From a virus (lineage: Duplodnaviria; Heunggongvirae; Uroviricota; Caudoviricetes), in the IMG/VR virus record IMGVR_UViG_2579778652_000002, positions 1-17,145 of that record: DNA of 17,145 nucleotides. One strand, written 5' to 3'. Below, piece after piece: positions 16,689 to 17,145 of the stretch. The translations under genes and the position numbers were made by a program. Numbering within the stretch: position 1 is the stretch's first letter; each line of letters opens with the position of its first letter. The notes beneath the pieces are model-generated. The model worked only from the letters and a program-made list of their open reading frames with translations. It ran no database searches and was not told where the DNA came from.

Positions 16689-16703
16689 ATCAATCCAAAA
16701 AAT

Positions 16704-16800
16704 TAATTACCTGAAAATTCAAGCAGGTAAACTCTCACATCAATTTTATTTACCTACAGGTATAGACATGGGTTTTACCTGTAGGTATATTTTAAGCCAT
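16704..16800 (+). promoter_or_regulatory. OL operators and pL promoter
   Basis: Operators TTTACCTACAGGTATA (16748-16763) and TTTACCTGTAGGTATA (16774-16789), plus an atypical TTACCTG-N10-CAGGTAA (16708-16731). pL: -35 TAGACA (16763-16768), 17 bp, -10 TATATT (16786-16791), start near 16799 (ATCAGCAGG, as in lambda). Confidence 0.7.
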
Positions 16801-16831
16801 CAGCAGGACGCACTGACCACCATGAAGGTGA

Positions 16832-16862
16832 GGCTCTTAAAAATTTAGCCCTGAAGAAGGGC
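16832..16862 (+). promoter_or_regulatory. nutL (boxA-like GGCTCTTA plus boxB GCCCTGAAGAAGGGC)
   Basis: boxB identical to lambda nutL boxB; boxA has G in place of the first consensus C. Confidence 0.75.
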
Positions 16863-17130
16863 AGCATTCAAAGCAGAAGGCTTTGGGGTGTGGTGAAGCC
16901 AGCTAGTCACTGGCAAGTGCTTACCTACTGTTGAGCGGTGAAGCGCTCCCAACGCTAGCAATAGCGTGGACGAGATGGGGAGCCGCGGGCGATAAGGCCG
17001 CCATAACGCGCACGTTGTCGCATGGAAAAATCACTGGGGTGCCGGTTATACCCCTCCGAATGAGACTCAACAAGCTGGAGCTAGACTACCAGCCACCACA
17101 CCACCAAAGCTAACTGACAGGAGAATCCAG

Positions 17131-17145
17131 ATGGATGCACAAACA
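17131..17145 (+). CDS. N: Antiterminator N, first 5 codons only (continues beyond window end)
   Basis: AGGAG RBS then ATGGATGCACAAACA (MDAQT), identical to the lambda N start as recalled. Confidence 0.7.

Noticed and set aside
16931-17113. 60-aa TTG-initiated ORF in the N leader
   Set aside because: No RBS, TTG start, lies in a structured leader whose flanks are lambda-like non-coding sequence; more likely RNA structure than protein.
1-17145. Search for CRISPR arrays, tRNA/rRNA genes, integrase or transposase
   Set aside because: No regularly spaced direct repeats, no cloverleaf-like tRNA candidates, and no integrase or transposase ORF; the window ends at the start of N, before the recombination/integration arm.

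Overview
This window reads as the right arm of a mosaic lambdoid (P22/Sf6-like) prophage, running on the minus strand from the immunity region through replication, the nin region, Q, lysis and into the head genes; all calls rest on reading the sequence and recalled family hallmarks, not on any search. On the plus strand lie a cI-type repressor with an S24 peptidase domain, a small co-transcribed membrane protein, a terminator, OL/pL, nutL and the first codons of an N gene. Between cI and cro sit palindromic TTTACC..GGTAAA operators with pR and pRM. On the minus strand follow cro, nutR, cII, a small basic ORF, an O-like initiator carrying iterons, a DnaB-type helicase, a tR2-like terminator, an unknown membrane protein, NinB, a Dam-family methyltransferase, NinE, NinF, a Rha/ANT antirepressor, a YbcO-like protein, RusA, NinH and a lambda-type Q with pR', 6S-like leader and tR'. 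Then come a dual-start holin, SAR endolysin, Rz/Rz1, a KilA-N island gene, an 80-aa ORF, small and large terminase, portal, scaffold and the 5' part of the coat gene. No tRNA, rRNA, CRISPR array or transposase was seen. The best candidates for undescribed function are the membrane protein co-transcribed with cI in the rexAB position (16357-16653) and the membrane protein just after the tR2-like terminator (12134-12475), followed by the KilA-N island with its flanking terminators.
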